Source: Macrostomum lignano
Taxonomy: Eukaryota
Direction: 5' to 3'
Assembly: GCA_002269645.1 (NCBI GenBank)
Contig: NIVC01001580.1
Coordinates: 180,791-244,790 of the forward strand
Length of the DNA stretch: 64,000 nt
Positions 47,055 through 63,480 of the stretch are shown here, piece by piece. The notes below the pieces were generated by a model. It saw only the letters and a list, made by a program, of their open reading frames with translations. It did no database searches and was not told where the DNA came from. How positions within the stretch are numbered: the stretch's first letter is position 1; each line of letters starts with the position of its first letter. Position numbers and translations under genes: made by a program.

Positions 47055-49570
47055 ATACTGATAGAACAGACAGCACAATACTGATAGAACAGACAGCACA
47101 ATACTGATAGAACACACAGCACAATACTGATAGAACAGACATCACAATACTGATAGAACAGACAGCACAATACTGATAGAACACACAGCACAATACTGAT
47201 AGAACAGACATCACAATACTGATAGAACAGACAGCACAATACTGATAGAACAGACAGCACAATACTGATAGAACAGACAGCACAATACTAATGGAACAGA
47301 CAGCACAATACTGATAAAACAGACAGCACAATACTGATAGAACAGACAGCACAATACTGATAAAACAGACAGCACAATACTGATAGAACAGACAGCACAA
47401 TACTGATAGAACAGACAGCACAATACTGATAGAACAGACAGCACAATACTGATAAAACAGACAGCACAATACTGATAGAACAGACAGCACAATACTGATA
47501 GAACAGACAGCACAATACTGATAGAACAGACAGCACAATACTGATAGAACAGACAGCACAATACTGATAGAACAGACAGCACAATACTGATAGAACAGAC
47601 AGCACAATACTGATAGAACAGACAGCACAATACTGATAGAACAGACAGCACAATACTGATAGAACAGACAGCACAATACTGATAGAACAGACAGCACAAT
47701 ACTGATAGAACACACAGCACAATACTGATAGAACAGACAGCACAATACTGATAGAACAGACAGCACAATACTGATAGAACAGACAGCACAATACTGATAG
47801 AACAGACAGCACAATACTGATAGAACAGACAGCACAATACTGATAAAACAGACAGCACAATACTGATAGAACAGACAGCACAATACTGATAGAACAGACA
47901 GCACAATACTGATAGAACAGACAGCACAATACTGATAGAACAGACAGCACAATACTGATAGAACAGACAGCACAATACTGATAGAACAGACAGCACAATA
48001 CTGATAGAACACACAGCACAATACTGATAGAACAGACAGCACAATACTGATAGAACAGACAGCACAATACTAATGGAACAGACAGCACAATACTGATAGA
48101 ACAGACAGCACAATACTGATAGAACAGACAGCACAATACTGATAGAACAGACAGCACAATACTGATAGAACAGACAGCACAATACTGATAGAACAGACAG
48201 CACAATACTGATAGAACAGACAGCACAATACTGATAGAACAGACAGCACAATACTGATAGAACAGACAGCACAATACTGATAGAACAGACAGCACAATAC
48301 TGATAGAACAGACAGCACAATACTGATAGAACAGACAGCACAATACTGATAGAACAGACAGCACAATACTGATAGAACACACAGCACAATACTGATAGAA
48401 CAGACAGCACAATACTGATAGAACAGACAGCACAATACTAATGGAACAGACAGCACAATACTGATAAAACAGACAGCACAATACTGATAGAACAGACAGC
48501 ACAATACTGATAGAACAGACAGCACAATACTGATAGAACAGACAGCACAATACTGATAGAACAGACAGCAAAATACTGATAGAACAGACAGCACAATACT
48601 GATAGAACAGACAGCACAATACTGATAGAACAGACAGCACAATACTGATAGAACAGACAGCACAATACTGATAGAACAGACAGCACAATACTGATAGAAC
48701 AGACAGCACAATACTGATAGAACAGACAGCACAATACTGATAGAACAGACAGCTCAATACTGATAGAACAGACAGCACAATACTGATAGAACAGACAGCA
48801 CAATACTGATAGAACAGACAGCTCAATACTGATAGAACAGACAGCACAATACTGATAGAACAGACAGCACAATACTGATAGAACAGACAGCACAATACTG
48901 ATAGAACAGACAGCTCAATACTGATAGAACAGACAGCACAATACTGATAGAACAGACAGCACAATACTGATAGAACAGACAGCACAATACTGATAGAACA
49001 CACAGCACAATACTGATAGAACAGACAGCACAATACTGATAGAACAGACAGCACAATACTAATGGAACAGACAGCACAATACTGATAAAACAGACAGCAC
49101 AATACTGATAGAACAGACAGCACAATACTGATAGAACAGACAGCACAATACTGATAGAACAGACAGCACAATACTGATAGAACAGACAGCAAAATACTGA
49201 TAGAACAGACAGCACAATACTGATAGAACAGACAGCACAATACTGATAGAACAGACAGCACAATACTGATAGAACAGACAGCACAATACTGATAGAACAG
49301 ACAGCACAATACTGATAGAACAGACAGCACAATACTGATAGAACAGACAGCACAATACTGATAGAACAGACAGCTCAATACTGATAGAACAGACAGCACA
49401 ATACTGATAGAACAGACAGCACAATACTGATAGAACAGACAGCTCAATACTGATAGAACAGACAGCACAATACTGATAGAACAGACAGCACAATACTGAT
49501 AGAACAGACAGCACAATACTGATAGAACAGACAGCTCAATACTGATAGAACAGACAGCACAATACTGATA
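47055..49570. repeat. 23-bp satellite array 2 (same family as 40452-41450)
   Basis: Tandem copies read directly; variant units recur with a 621-bp period. Confidence 0.97.
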
Positions 49571-49919
49571 AAAATCATTACTGGTAATTCCCGTGCGAAA
49601 ATGAATGTACAGAGAAATTTGCAAACATTATCTGTCTGTTTGAGTTGCACAGATTTCTGAGTTGGGGTGTTCAGCCTTTTATAATTAGCTTTTTGTTAGA
49701 AATAGTTTGCGTCTATTAAAATGAGTTTATAGAGTATAAATGTGTTTTCACTTTTTATGCGCTAGATTGTTTTCAGTCAGTAAGACTCTTGCAATCAGGG
49801 AGACGTAAAAATCAATATTTTTTGTTATTAATAATTAGCAGCAGCAGGCTTGTTAGTCTCCTAAACATGTTTAGCATAAGTTCGAAAATCTGTATCTGAG
49901 TCAACAGAGTGGGCCACTG

Positions 49920-50310
49920 AGTTGCTCAAGTTTTGATGCTCAAATCTGCAGCATCAGCCGCACTTCACGAAGAGACAGCCGGGCAGAGCCATACCACCAG
50001 CTGATATACCCTTCGGCCTTCAGCTAGGTGCATCCGAACCCCATATAGCTAGACTGGCGACTCGTGCTACATTAGTTGAAGTAACGCCACAAGGCACGGT
50101 TCCATTTCTTCTTACAGTAAAAATGTGAAGATCTGCGCGTGACCGCAGGCCGCAGCATTTCATTTCGAGATGGCTATCTTCCAGCGCATGCATGTGTAGG
50201 TCTCATTCGGCTTTTCTCTCAGACCTCGGATTCTGTCAGCGTTTTGCATCGCGTAAACACTTCGGCTTTCTATGTTTTCTTCGTTTCTGCTTTCAGTGCA
50301 TTGCCTGAAC
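49920..50310 (-). pseudogene. Internally deleted third copy of the FREP unit (FReD 3' end joined to upstream/promoter sequence)
   Basis: 49930-49990 matches the FReD end at 41675-41730. 50020-50310 resembles the upstream regions at 45500-45690 and 55605-55905. Confidence 0.6.
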
Positions 50311-51409
50311 GCTGAAGCAAGGAGAGACCTCTATCATGTTGGGGACGAATGTCTGTGTCGAGTGCACCAGTCTCGAGATCTGCAATCAGCAGCCAAGCAA
50401 CAAGGGTTGCAGCAATAAACAGGGTGAAAATCAAGATAGCTGCATAACGAAACTGGCACAGAAGGAGAACGCACAGAAAGGTTCTCAGAGCGGGCAGGAA
50501 AGCGAGACCCACAGATCGAGCCAGATCGAGCCCTACCGCTGGCGACCCTGTGCTGGCGCCCCACAATACCCCCCCCCACCCAAATTGCATTTCAAGTTCC
50601 TTCCAAAGCACCGCTGGTACAGACCGCATCAAATTACTTCTCCTAAAGATTTTGCAAAAGAAAAAAAAGAATTCTACGGGTAGAGAATTAATAAACAGCC
50701 TATTGAAAACTGAGACTGGGAATCTCATCTGTCCATCCTGCACTCCACTTATCCCTATAGGCCCTTCTCTACATGGAAAGTGTCCACTTTTGGCGGGTGC
50801 TCACGATGATGAACCCCACAGAATCTCACAGACTGGCACAGATTTTGGGTAGTTTTTCTGCTTTTTTAATGAGACATGTAAAATGCCTGTCATTATTGAA
50901 AAGCATAGAATAGAAGCGCTCCCCACTGCATACAGTTATCTCGCTTCTCCCGCTCATCCTAAACTTCTGCCTTTCCAAGCAGAGTTGCAGGCTGTATCCA
51001 TATATGCGACAGTCATTTTCCACGAGACTGCAACTCTAGCGTAAAAGTAGGCACTGACTTTGGTTGACAAACTCGTAAATTTACGTAAACTTACCCTCCG
51101 TAAAGTAAACTAACGTCAAGTAGCGTTTATTTACCTGAAACCACGTTAATCAACCTTCAAGTTATTGGTTAATTAACCCCCCCCCCAGTATTACGAGCAA
51201 CCCTCGCTTTCAACGGGACTGATCGGGAGCATGAGAATTTCCCACCGGCGGGAAGTTATCCTGCCGAGATTTCTCCGCCGAGGATGTCCCACAGCTAGGT
51301 TTTCCCGCAGGGGTTTTCTAGTCAGAATTTCAACTCAAATACAGTCTATAGACTAAACTAGACTACTGTATTTGAGTTTGTATTTGAGTTTAGTTCTGCT
51401 CTCCTCTCC

Positions 51410-52350
51410 TTTGTTCTGTTCTGTTCTGTTTTGTTCTGTTCTGTTCTGTTCTGTTCTGTTCTGCTCTGTTCTGTTCTGTTCTGTTCTGTTCTGTTCTGTT
51501 CTGTTCTGTTCTGTTCTGTTCTGCTCTGTTCTGTTCTGTTCTGTTCTGTTCTTTTCTGTTCTGTTCTGTTCTTTTCTGTTCTGTTCTGTTCTGCTCTGTT
51601 CTGCTCTGTTCTGTTCTGTTCTGCTCTGTTCTGTTCTGTTCTGTTCTGTTGTGTTCTGTTCTGTTCTGTTCTGTTCTGTTCTGTTCTGTTCTGTTCTGTT
51701 CTGTTCTGTTCTGTTCTGTTCTGTTCTGTTCTGTTCTGTTCTGTTCTGTTCTGTTCTGTTCTGTTCTGTTCTGTTCTGTTCTGTTCTGTTCTGTTCTGTT
51801 CTGTTCTGTTCTGTTCTGTTCTGTTCTGTTCTGTTCTGTTCTGTTTCTGCTCTGTTGTGTTCTGTTCTGTTCTGTTCTGTTCTGTTCTGCTCTGTTGTGT
51901 TCTGTTCTGTTCTGCTCTGTTGTGTTCTGTTCTGTTCTGCTCTGTTGTGTTCTGTTCTGTTCTGTTCTGTTCTGTTCTGTTCTGTTCTGTTCTGTTCTGT
52001 TCTGTTCTGTTCTGTTCTGTTCTGTTCTGTTTCTGCTCTGCTCTGTTGTGTTCTGTTCTGTTCTGTTCTGTTCTGTTCTGCTCTGTTGTGTTCTGTTCTG
52101 CTCTGTTGTGTTCTGTTCTGTTCTGTTCTGTTCTGTTCTGTTCTGTTCTGTTCTGTTCTGTTCTGTGGTCTGTTTTGTTTCAACTTTTTACACCAAATCA
52201 AATTTGTATTTGATTTGTATTTGAGTATTTGTATTTGAGTATTTGTATTTGAGTATTTGTATTTGAGTATTTGTATTTGAGTATTTGTATTTGAGTATTT
52301 GTATTTGAGTATTTGTATTTGAGTATTTGTATTTGAGTATTTGTATTTGA
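51410..52350. repeat. (TTCTG)n microsatellite followed by (TTTGTATTTGAGTA)n
   Basis: Read directly from the sequence. Confidence 0.97.
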
Positions 52351-52674
52351 GTGTATTTGAGCTACACATGATTCTATATTTAAGATGGTTAATCTTTTCG
52401 ATTATGCTTGTTGTTAATTTGAATAAAAATTGTTGAAAATATGAGCTTATTGAGTTGAAAATCACAAAAACTATTGTTTTCCGTTATTTTACGCTCGACT
52501 GTTCTTAGTCAGTAAATCTCTTACAGCCAAAAAAATTCAAAAATCAGTATTTTATGGTGAATAATCTGGGAAGGTTTGATCAGGGAAGCCTCTATGGAAG
52601 CTTCCCTGGTTGGATATTAGTGTTTAAAAATATACCGGTAAAATAGCATAAATCCGATAAAAACTGTATTTTAA

Positions 52675-55386
52675 TTAACAGATTGCTTCACTGAGTTGCT
52701 TAATTTCTGATGCACAAACCTGCAGCATCAGCCGCACTTCACACAGAGACAGCAGAGCAGAGCCAGAGTACCAGACCGGAACTGGAGCAACTGAAGGAAA
52801 ATAGGCTCCGTTAGGGTTGGTATAATAGCAGTTTGTAAACCACCAGCCTCCACTTCTTCTGTTTCTCACTCCATTTCTGTCAGAGCATTCAGAACTCCAC
52901 AGTTCCCACTTCGCCGTGGAAAACCGCCTGCCTTTGCTAGGCTCCAGAGCGTCAAAACGGATACTGGACCTGTCCCTCAGCATCTCTCGGTACGTCATCC
53001 GATACCCAGTGCTGGCGTCTCCCACCTGGAATCCTGCGTACTCCGCATGCAGCTCAGAGCCGTTCCACAGCTTCATCTCCACTCTGAGGGTGGCGCCGCC
53101 TTGGCTGAGCGAGTGGATGGCGGAGAGACCTGCGGGAGGAGAGCGGCTGAGTCTGAGTCAGTTCAGTCACACTGTCAGTCTGCAGTGACGCTCCTTATGG
53201 ACAACCACCAGAGATCGCTCTCTTTCCCTCTCTCTCTCTCTTCCTTCTGAGTGGCTGCAGTCGTTTTTGATCATCATTTTTAGTGTCATATTAGTTGATG
53301 ATGAGTTGATGGCTCAGCTAATAACAGAAGGATCCGCAACCCCACCAGCAGAGACAGAAGGCAAAGGCAGCCGGGTGGTAGGGAGCGCGAAGCAGCGACA
53401 GCAAAGTAAAATTGGAGTCGGAGCAATAGGAGTCAGGCCGAGCCTGAGAACAAGAGGCTTGAAACCCTACGGCACGCGGAGGAGAGGAGGCGCAATGGGG
53501 TTGGGGGTTAGCAGAATTTACACTGAGGTCCAGGGAGCAAGCCTAGTGTAAAGTAGACATCTAACTCCTTTCTGTAAATGTACTTTGCTGTGCATCCATC
53601 TCGCATCAATTGAAAGCGCTTGAGTCAGCTAGCATTCTGTCATAAGATGGACAAGATCTGTTATCACACCCGTCACAAATATTAGTTGATACAAAACTGC
53701 CGCTCACCGATCCAGAAGTCCGTGCGGTCACCGAAGCCAGTCTCGTACTCAGTCCAGTCTCGTTGGAAACTCACTCTGCCAGTAAGTCGCTGCTGAATCT
53801 TCAGGAAGCAGCGACCGTCTGGCTGCAGTTGAAACGCACTGGAAGGGTACGCTGTGTGTTGAGCAGAGGTGCATTGCAGCCTGGCACAGGACTTCGGGCT
53901 GGAGCACCTATAGCTGCTACAGACGATTTCATTTTCCATGATGAAGTGATTCGACTGGAATTGAAGAGGCACTGCTCAGCAACCAGCGATGTCACCCGCC
54001 ACTGCACGTGTCGCCACAGGTCAGCGGACTCCGTCAGCACAGCAGTCCTGGAAGTCAGCGTCAGTGAAGCTGTTGGCAGCTGTTTGGACTAATTCAGATC
54101 ATTATCTAATTTGACGGCTAAAAACCAAAACACTACAAAATAAAACCGTAACAAACTCTAGGCTCGTACTGAAAGTGACATTCGCATGAATACATGTAAA
54201 TTCTAGTCTAGAATAAGGCATCAGAAGTTCACAAGCATGTCAGCCAACCTGAGACCGCGGCACTCCGTCCAGTTTCCGCAGAGCAGCCGCAGCTGAGCGG
54301 ACCTCCAGTCTGCCGACGCCATCAGCGGACCGACCTCGAACCGAGCACTCAACGAAGAGCTCACCGATCTCTCAGCAGTCCACAGCCGCATGAAATCGAC
54401 CGAGCGAGGCGACAAGTCGGCCAACTGAGTCCTCACAGCATCGCGTGTGGCCTCATCTTGCAGCACCAGATCAAGCTGCTTCAGGTAGTGCGTGTCTCGG
54501 CTGTAGTCATACCTGACTGACTCGCTGCTCAAGCTGGGGATGTTGTGGCACAGCAGAGGCTCGATGAGGAAGTGACCCTCGATGTCGAGTCTCTGGTGCA
54601 CTCGAGCAGAGCAGTTCTCGAGATTGACTACCGAGTGAACCGCAGCTGTCGGCACGCGGGTAAGAATTTTTGCTTGTACACGCTGACATCATTAAAGCTG
54701 TCTTTTTGCAGCATGAAGCTGCTCTGAACTTCGTGGAAACAGCCATTCAACAGAATGGTAGCTGAGAGTTTTACATTTTTTAGAGTCCCAATTGTGGAAT
54801 TTTCGATTTTTTCTCGTTCGTTTTTCTTGGCGTGTGTTAACAAAAAAACTTTCTTTTGGTTGATATTCACCAGTCCTTCCATGTTTTTTCGCTGATTTAG
54901 AATTTCATATCTGATTTTTTGCCCAAAGCCGAGTCTCAGAGTGGCTACTGGCTCATCCGGAGTCCACAGGAAGCTCAAAACCCGAACCGATGAGCGGGTG
55001 TCGGCTGAGACGCTGATGTTGGTTACCGTGGCGAAGCTCACAGACCTCGGTGACAGATGCCGCAGTTGACGCTGAGCCTCTGCGAGCATCCCAGCATCCT
55101 TCATCAATACAGGAACGCTGAAGTACAGCTGCTGGGTGATGAAGTCGAATCGGGGAACAATGCCTCTCAGGCTGTCCGTCACGCACATGAGCGGCTCGAC
55201 TGCCAAGTGCGGACCGTCGCTCGCTCCCGTGTCGTGCACGAACAGCGCGCAGCCGTTCACGCTGAGCTGCGCCACGAAGCGGAGCCGCGGAGAGTCAGCG
55301 GGAGCGCACTGAGAGACCTGGCCGGCTGCCAGCGAGCAGAGCAGCAGAGCCAACGCTGCAGAAACTCGCAACTGACAGAGGTGCAT
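52675..55386 (-). CDS. Fibrinogen-related protein B, paralog of A (one apparent frameshift near 54630)
   Basis: Same architecture as A; FReD exons ending at 53708 and 53129-52675; TATATAAG near 55524. Confidence 0.75.
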
Positions 55387-58269
55387 GGCTTGAGATGCAA
55401 GCGTAGGGCCTGAATGCAGTTAAGCTTTATTGCTTTGATTTGCACAATAGAATACTGCTGCTGTGTCTCGCAGATTGAAAGCAGCCAAATCAGAAGCGAA
55501 ATGTGGGCTGTGCGCTGCATCGGCTTATATAGAGCTCAATGCAGTTTTAGGGGTGCATGCCGTCCAATAGTGAAAGTCGCAATTGCGTGAGTCAGTCAAA
55601 GCCTCAGCTGGGTGCATCCGAACCCTCAGCCAAAGTCTAGCTGTTTAGTGCCGGTGCACTTGTGCTGCACCAGTTGAAGTTTCTGCGAACAGTAAAAATT
55701 TAAAGATCTGCGTGCGGCGCGTGACTGCTGACCGCAGCGGTTCCAGGCATTTTTAGAGATGGCTGTCAACCGGCGCATGCGTAACGTCGCATCGGCTTTT
55801 CTCAGACCTCGATCGGTTTCTGCGTCAGGCGTTCTACATCGTGTAAACAATAAAATGTCATAACGTTACTTGTTGGCTTTTCTATGTTTCTGCTTTCAGT
55901 GCATATATATCGCCTGCTGAACAATTAAAAGATATAAATTAATATAGATTATAAACTATAGAACAGACAGAAAAATGCTGATAGAACAAATAGCACAGTA
56001 CTGCTAGACTGAATAGAACAGACACTAGAATCTGCTATAGTTGGGATCAAGAGACGAAGGCGTCGTCATCTGTGGTTTCTTGCCACAAAAAGCAGTTTGC
56101 CACGGCTCTTCGGTGTGGCTGTGGCCATGAGTGCTTCTTTTCCTCGCATCAGCTCGTGGCTGCGAGTGCATGGCTTTGAAGCAGGCGAGCTGTTGCGACT
56201 CAGCTTGCTGTTTGTTGGCATCATGCGAGCAACTGCAGTGTGCTTGTGCGACAAATGTACAATCGGCTAACATGTAAATGTAACATGTATCCATTATTAG
56301 AAATGTGTTCAAGTCACTGGCATCTCTCTAGGCTTTTTATTAGTATCAGAAATGCTAAAATCTGCCCCCTACAGTTGCAAATTCATTCGCTTCTGGTACG
56401 ACGTGATCGTGGATGGTTGGCGCGAAGACTGATATATTGCATGCATAGATTTCCCCCAGCAGGGCGAGTCGCTGCATGATAAGCTTAAATTTCTAACTAG
56501 TGCTCGTGGAGTTTTGTCTCCACATGATATGATTTGCGCTACGCACGGCCATCAGATGAAAGGACATGAGCTTGTGATCAGAGCGCCAGAATTGCACCCC
56601 CACGTCGCCGGTGTTACAATTAGCGGCTAAAAAGTATAACATTTGCTAATTATAAAAATATAACAAAGCGAAATGCAAAAATAGTAAATTAAAATCTGAA
56701 ACTTGTTTTCTTTAATTAGGGACGTAATTTTTTACTCTAGTGTTTTATTAAGGTATAAAAATAAGCAAAATTACGTACTTATTCTGAGTCTTTCACCTTT
56801 TTAATCTGCTTACTTAACCTCATTTTTTTAGGTTTACCGTTTTGCGATCCCACTAAACATCAAATTGTTTACCCTGCTACCATAAATAAAACTATGCTAC
56901 ACCCCTGGACAACAGCAAAAATAGAGGTATAAAAACTACATGGAAGACAATAATTATTCAAATCAAGGCAATGCCGCGCAGCCCAATCAAACCGAGTTCT
57001 TGGCTTTGTATCAGCAACTCTGCTTTAAGAATGAAATTAAGCCGAACGACCACATTATTTTAGCAATTAAAAGGTACGACTGTTGAATAGAAAAACATTC
57101 AATACTGATCAAACAACCAATCATATTCTGCTTTGACCTGGTTTCAATCTAATACTATGGACAACAGAAAACTTTGTCCAAATAAATTTCATTGTATCAA
57201 TAATTTATTCAAATTCCTTATTTTTAGCATAGTTTCATATTGTATCATGAGCACTTCTACTTCTATGTTTTAGAGTATTTGGAAAAAAGGCTTTCTCACA
57301 GTGAAACAGATTTTACTTCTTGACTTTATTGTCTTTTAAGGTTGGATGCATATTGAATGCAGTATGCTTATATATGCTTTTTACAAGCTATGGCTTTATA
57401 ATTATGTCATTATAAAAAATTATACATTAAAATATAATAATTCTGAAATAAACTTGAGAAAATACGAGAATATACTTTGATGATACCAGCTACTGAAAGA
57501 AATGAATAAAATGATATAAATATGTTTAAATGTATTAAACAAAAATGAAAAATATATGCTCATATATATGGACAAACCATTTTAGTATGGTGGTTATAGT
57601 GTTTTATATAATAGAATATAAAGAATACACTGTATTATGTATAGTATAAAAAATAATACACGTGTAAGACATGTTGCACTATTATTATGTAAATTATAAG
57701 CCAAGTAAATACTAAAAAAACATTACAAACCTAACATCTAGAGCACCAGTGTCCACAAGCACAGAGGGCTTAGTCCTGAACCTCACCAATGTATCAGTGA
57801 GTGCAGAGTCGGCCGGAATATTGGCTGAATGTCTCAGCGTGGACTCCTGTTTTGATGAGGTCAGCTTTGCTGACTGTCAGCTTTCTGAAGAAGGTGAGTC
57901 AACCAACTTTGTTCTGTTCTGCAGCCAGTTTTATTTGTCAGATTAGGTAGGTACGAGTATATGTATTCAAATCAACCTACTCCCCAGAGAGATTCTGACA
58001 CAATTCTTGTTCATCTTTGGGGCTTCATCAATAACATTCTCCATCCCCGACAGCCCTTCGAGCCATCATTGGCGGCCTGCGCACGAATGCGTTCTGCCGT
58101 CGGCTCGACCTCAAGGGCAACGGGATTCGCGGCAGGACAGTGGAACTGCTGGGCAGCTATTTGGAGCATAATGAGTCGCTGAAATGGTGAGCGGATGAGG
58201 ATGTGCGTTATTGTCCAATGTAAAGACAGGTTTTGAGCAATTGCTCTAGCATTCGGTTTGACTGACCTG

Positions 58270-60860
58270 ACATCCGTGTTTGACTATCCTGACATCCAGT
58301 TTGACTATCCTGACATCCAGTTTGACTATCCTGACATCCAGTTTGACTATCCTGACATCCAGTTTGACTATCCTGACATCCAGTTTGACTATCCTGACAT
58401 CCAGTTTGACTATCCTGACATCCAGTTTGACTATCCTGACATCCAGTTTGACTATCCTGCCATCCCTGTTTGACTATCCTGACATCCGTGTAATGACCAT
58501 CTATAGTTAGTCACGTAAATGTTGATCGCTTGAAAGAAACTAAATAACATTCAAAGATTTTGCATTATCCTTTTTGAATTCGCACCAAACAAATGTACTT
58601 TTAAATGCTTGCCCGCAGCCTGATCCTCGAGTGGAACCAGCTCGGCATGCTCGAGAAATCCTTCAGCGCGTTTTGCGACGGCCTGGCAAAAAATTCCGGC
58701 TTGGAAATTTTGGATTTGCGAAACAACCAGCTGAACCACGAGTGCGCCTCTGACCTCGCCAAGGTCGTTCGATGTAACTCCAGTCTCACTGTTATCGGTG
58801 AGTCAGTCAGGTTGAGTCAGTCAGTCAGGTTGAGTCAGTCAGGTTGAGTCAGTCAAGTTGAGTCAGTCAGGTTGAGTCAGTCAGGTTGAGTCAGTCAGGT
58901 TGAGTCAGTCAGGTTGAGTCAGTCAGGTTGAGTCAGTCAGGTTGAGTCAGTCAGGTTGAGTCAGTCAGGTTGAGTCAGTCAGGTTGAGTCAGTCAGGTTG
59001 AGTCAGTCAGGTTGAGTCAGTCAGGTTGAGTCAGTCAGGTTGAGTCAGTCAGGTTGAGTCAGTCAGGTTGAGTCAGTCAGGTTGAGTCAGTTAGGTTGAG
59101 TCAGTTAGGTTGAGTCAGTCAGTCAGTCAGTCAGTCAGGTTGAGTCAGTCAGGTTGAGTCAGTCAGTCAGTCAGGTTGAGTCAGTCAGGTTGAGTCAGTC
59201 AGGTTGAGTCAGTCAGTCAGTCAGTCAGGTTGAGTCAGTCAGGTTAAGTCAGTCAGTCAGTCAGGTTGAGTCAGTCAGGCTCATCCCGCGAACCTCCCAG
59301 ACCTTCGCTGGAATACAGTGGGACTCCTCGGCGCCCGCGAGCTGCTGAGCGGCATGTCGAAGAATCGAACCCTGACCCGCCTGGACCTGACGGGCAACAA
59401 CGTGCCGCAGGACCTGACCAGAGCCATCGAAATTGCCGCCGGGCACAACGAGGAGGTCGCCAGGTCGTCGTCAGGCCTCGCGCAGCGCTCAATGATGCTG
59501 TCCGAGCAGCTGAACGCCAGAGATCGGGAGCAGAAGCGCGAGGTGATTTGCCTCTTGGTTGCTATAGTAACTAAAATCTCAGTCGCCTTGTTACACATAA
59601 AGCTTTAACAAATGAATCAAATGGGAGACATAGCAACAGGATAATACCCTTGGATACGAGTCCCATAGCAAAGGTTTTATAGATTTCTTAGATACGTGTT
59701 GCATAGCAACGGTTTGTGATGCCTTGGATACGCGTCGCATAGCAACAGTTTTATAGATTTCTTTGATACGAGTTGCATAGCAACGGTTTTTGATCCCTTG
59801 GATACGAGTCGCATAGCAACGGTTTATGATTTCTTGGATACGAGTTGCATAGCAACGGTTTTATAGATTCCTTGGATACGTGTCGCATAGCAACTGTTTG
59901 TGATTCCTTGGATACGAGTTGCATAGCAACGGTTTTAGAGATTCCTTGGATACGAGTCGCATAGCAACGGTTTTATAGATGCCTTGGATACGAGTCGCAT
60001 AGCAACGGTTTATGATTCCTTGGATACGAGTCGCATAGCAACGGTTTTTGATTCCTTGGATACGAGTTGCAACGGGGACCAACTAATTGAATAAAAGTCA
60101 AGAATCAAAAGTTCATGCCAGTGTCCATTATCTCATCTATTGCCAACAGGTGTCAAAACTGCTGACTCGACTCGACAACACGGAGAGCTCGATGCGCCAG
60201 CAGTCGCACCGAAGCCACCAGCGAATCCAGCAGCTGCAGAGCCTTCTGGATGAGAAGAAGTTCCTGTTCAACCAGCAGCAGGCAAAGTGAGACTTTGGAT
60301 ATGAGTTTGATGAATAAGTCCGAAACTGAGAACTCACTTGCCCAATAAAAGTTAACCTGAATGCTTTTTGTATACATAGATTGAATATCGGGATTTAGTA
60401 CCAGGGGGCTTTAACACCAGGGGCTTTAGCACCAGGGAATTTAGCACCAGGGGTTTTAGCACCATGGGGTTTTAGCACCAGGGGTTTTAGCACCATGGGG
60501 TTTTAGCACCATGGGGTTTTAGCACCAGGGGTTTTAGCACCAGGGGTTTTAGCACCAGGGGTTTTAGCACCATGGGGTTTTAGCACCATGGGGTTTTAGC
60601 ACCAGGGGTTTTAGCACAATGGGGTTTTAGCACCAGGGGTTTTAGCACCATGGGGTTTTAGCACCAGGGGTTTTAGCACCATGGGGTTTTAGCACCAGGG
60701 GTTTTAGCACCATGGGGTTTTAGAACCATGGGGTTTTAGCACCAGGGGTTTTAGCACCATGGAGTTTTAGCACCAGGGGTTTTAGCACCATGGGGTTTTA
60801 GCACCAGGGGTTTTAGCACCAGGAGCTTTAGCACCATGGGGTTTTAGCACCAGGGGCGCC
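58270..60860. repeat. Intronic minisatellites in LRRC45: 21-bp (58270-58480), 14-bp GAGTCAGTCAGGTT (58800-59278), about 40-bp (59640-60070), 15/16-bp TTTTAGCACCA(T)GGGG (60400-60855)
   Basis: Read directly from the sequence. Confidence 0.93.
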
Positions 60861-61417
60861 AGCGGCGGTGGTTTCAAAGCAAAAAAAGTTGTTGGGAGCT
60901 ACTAAAATTAGAAGCAAAAGTGCCAAACCTGCTGTACAGTGTTGCCATAATGTGGGCAGCCTTGCCCCCCCCGGTCACGCCCCTGACACAGCCGAACCCT
61001 CAACTGTCCGCCCAGGCTGTCCCTTGCCGAGTCGCAGCTGGCAGTGGTGGAGACAAAGTACACGGAGCTGCAGAAGAGCCTGCAGCAGATGCTGCTGGAC
61101 AAGGAGGAGCTGATCCGCTCGCACGCACTGGAGATGCAGCGCCAGCGCGAAGATCGGCAGCAGCAGGAGGCCGGGCTGCGCAAGGAGTTTGACAACCTGA
61201 CGGTGAAGTGCGCCCAGCTGGAGGCCCAGGTGGCGGACAGTGAGCAGCGGGCTGAGCAGTTGAAGGCGGCCAACTTGGAGCTGCGTGAGGAAGTGGCCGC
61301 CGTGCAAGCGGAGAAGCGCCTGCGACAGGCGGAGCTGGACGAGCGTCTGCAGACGGAGCGGCAGCAGTGCAGGGACCAGCTGCTGGAGATGGAGAGCGCG
61401 CGGGATCGGGAGGTGAG

Positions 61418-63480
<2,063 letters not shown>

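Noticed and set aside
40324-49650. Long Cys-rich minus-strand ORFs (LSVLSVLCCLFYQYCAVCSISIV)n
   Set aside because: These are translations of a stop-free strand of the 23-bp satellite. They are open in all three frames, so there is no coding signal.
51353-52465. (EQNRT)n and (CSVLF)n ORFs
   Set aside because: By-products of the (TTCTG)n microsatellite.
53270-53560. Purine-rich insertion in the FREP-B intron and ORF 53267-53551
   Set aside because: Probably a repeat fragment, but I found no TIR, TSD, Pol III boxes or protein motif.
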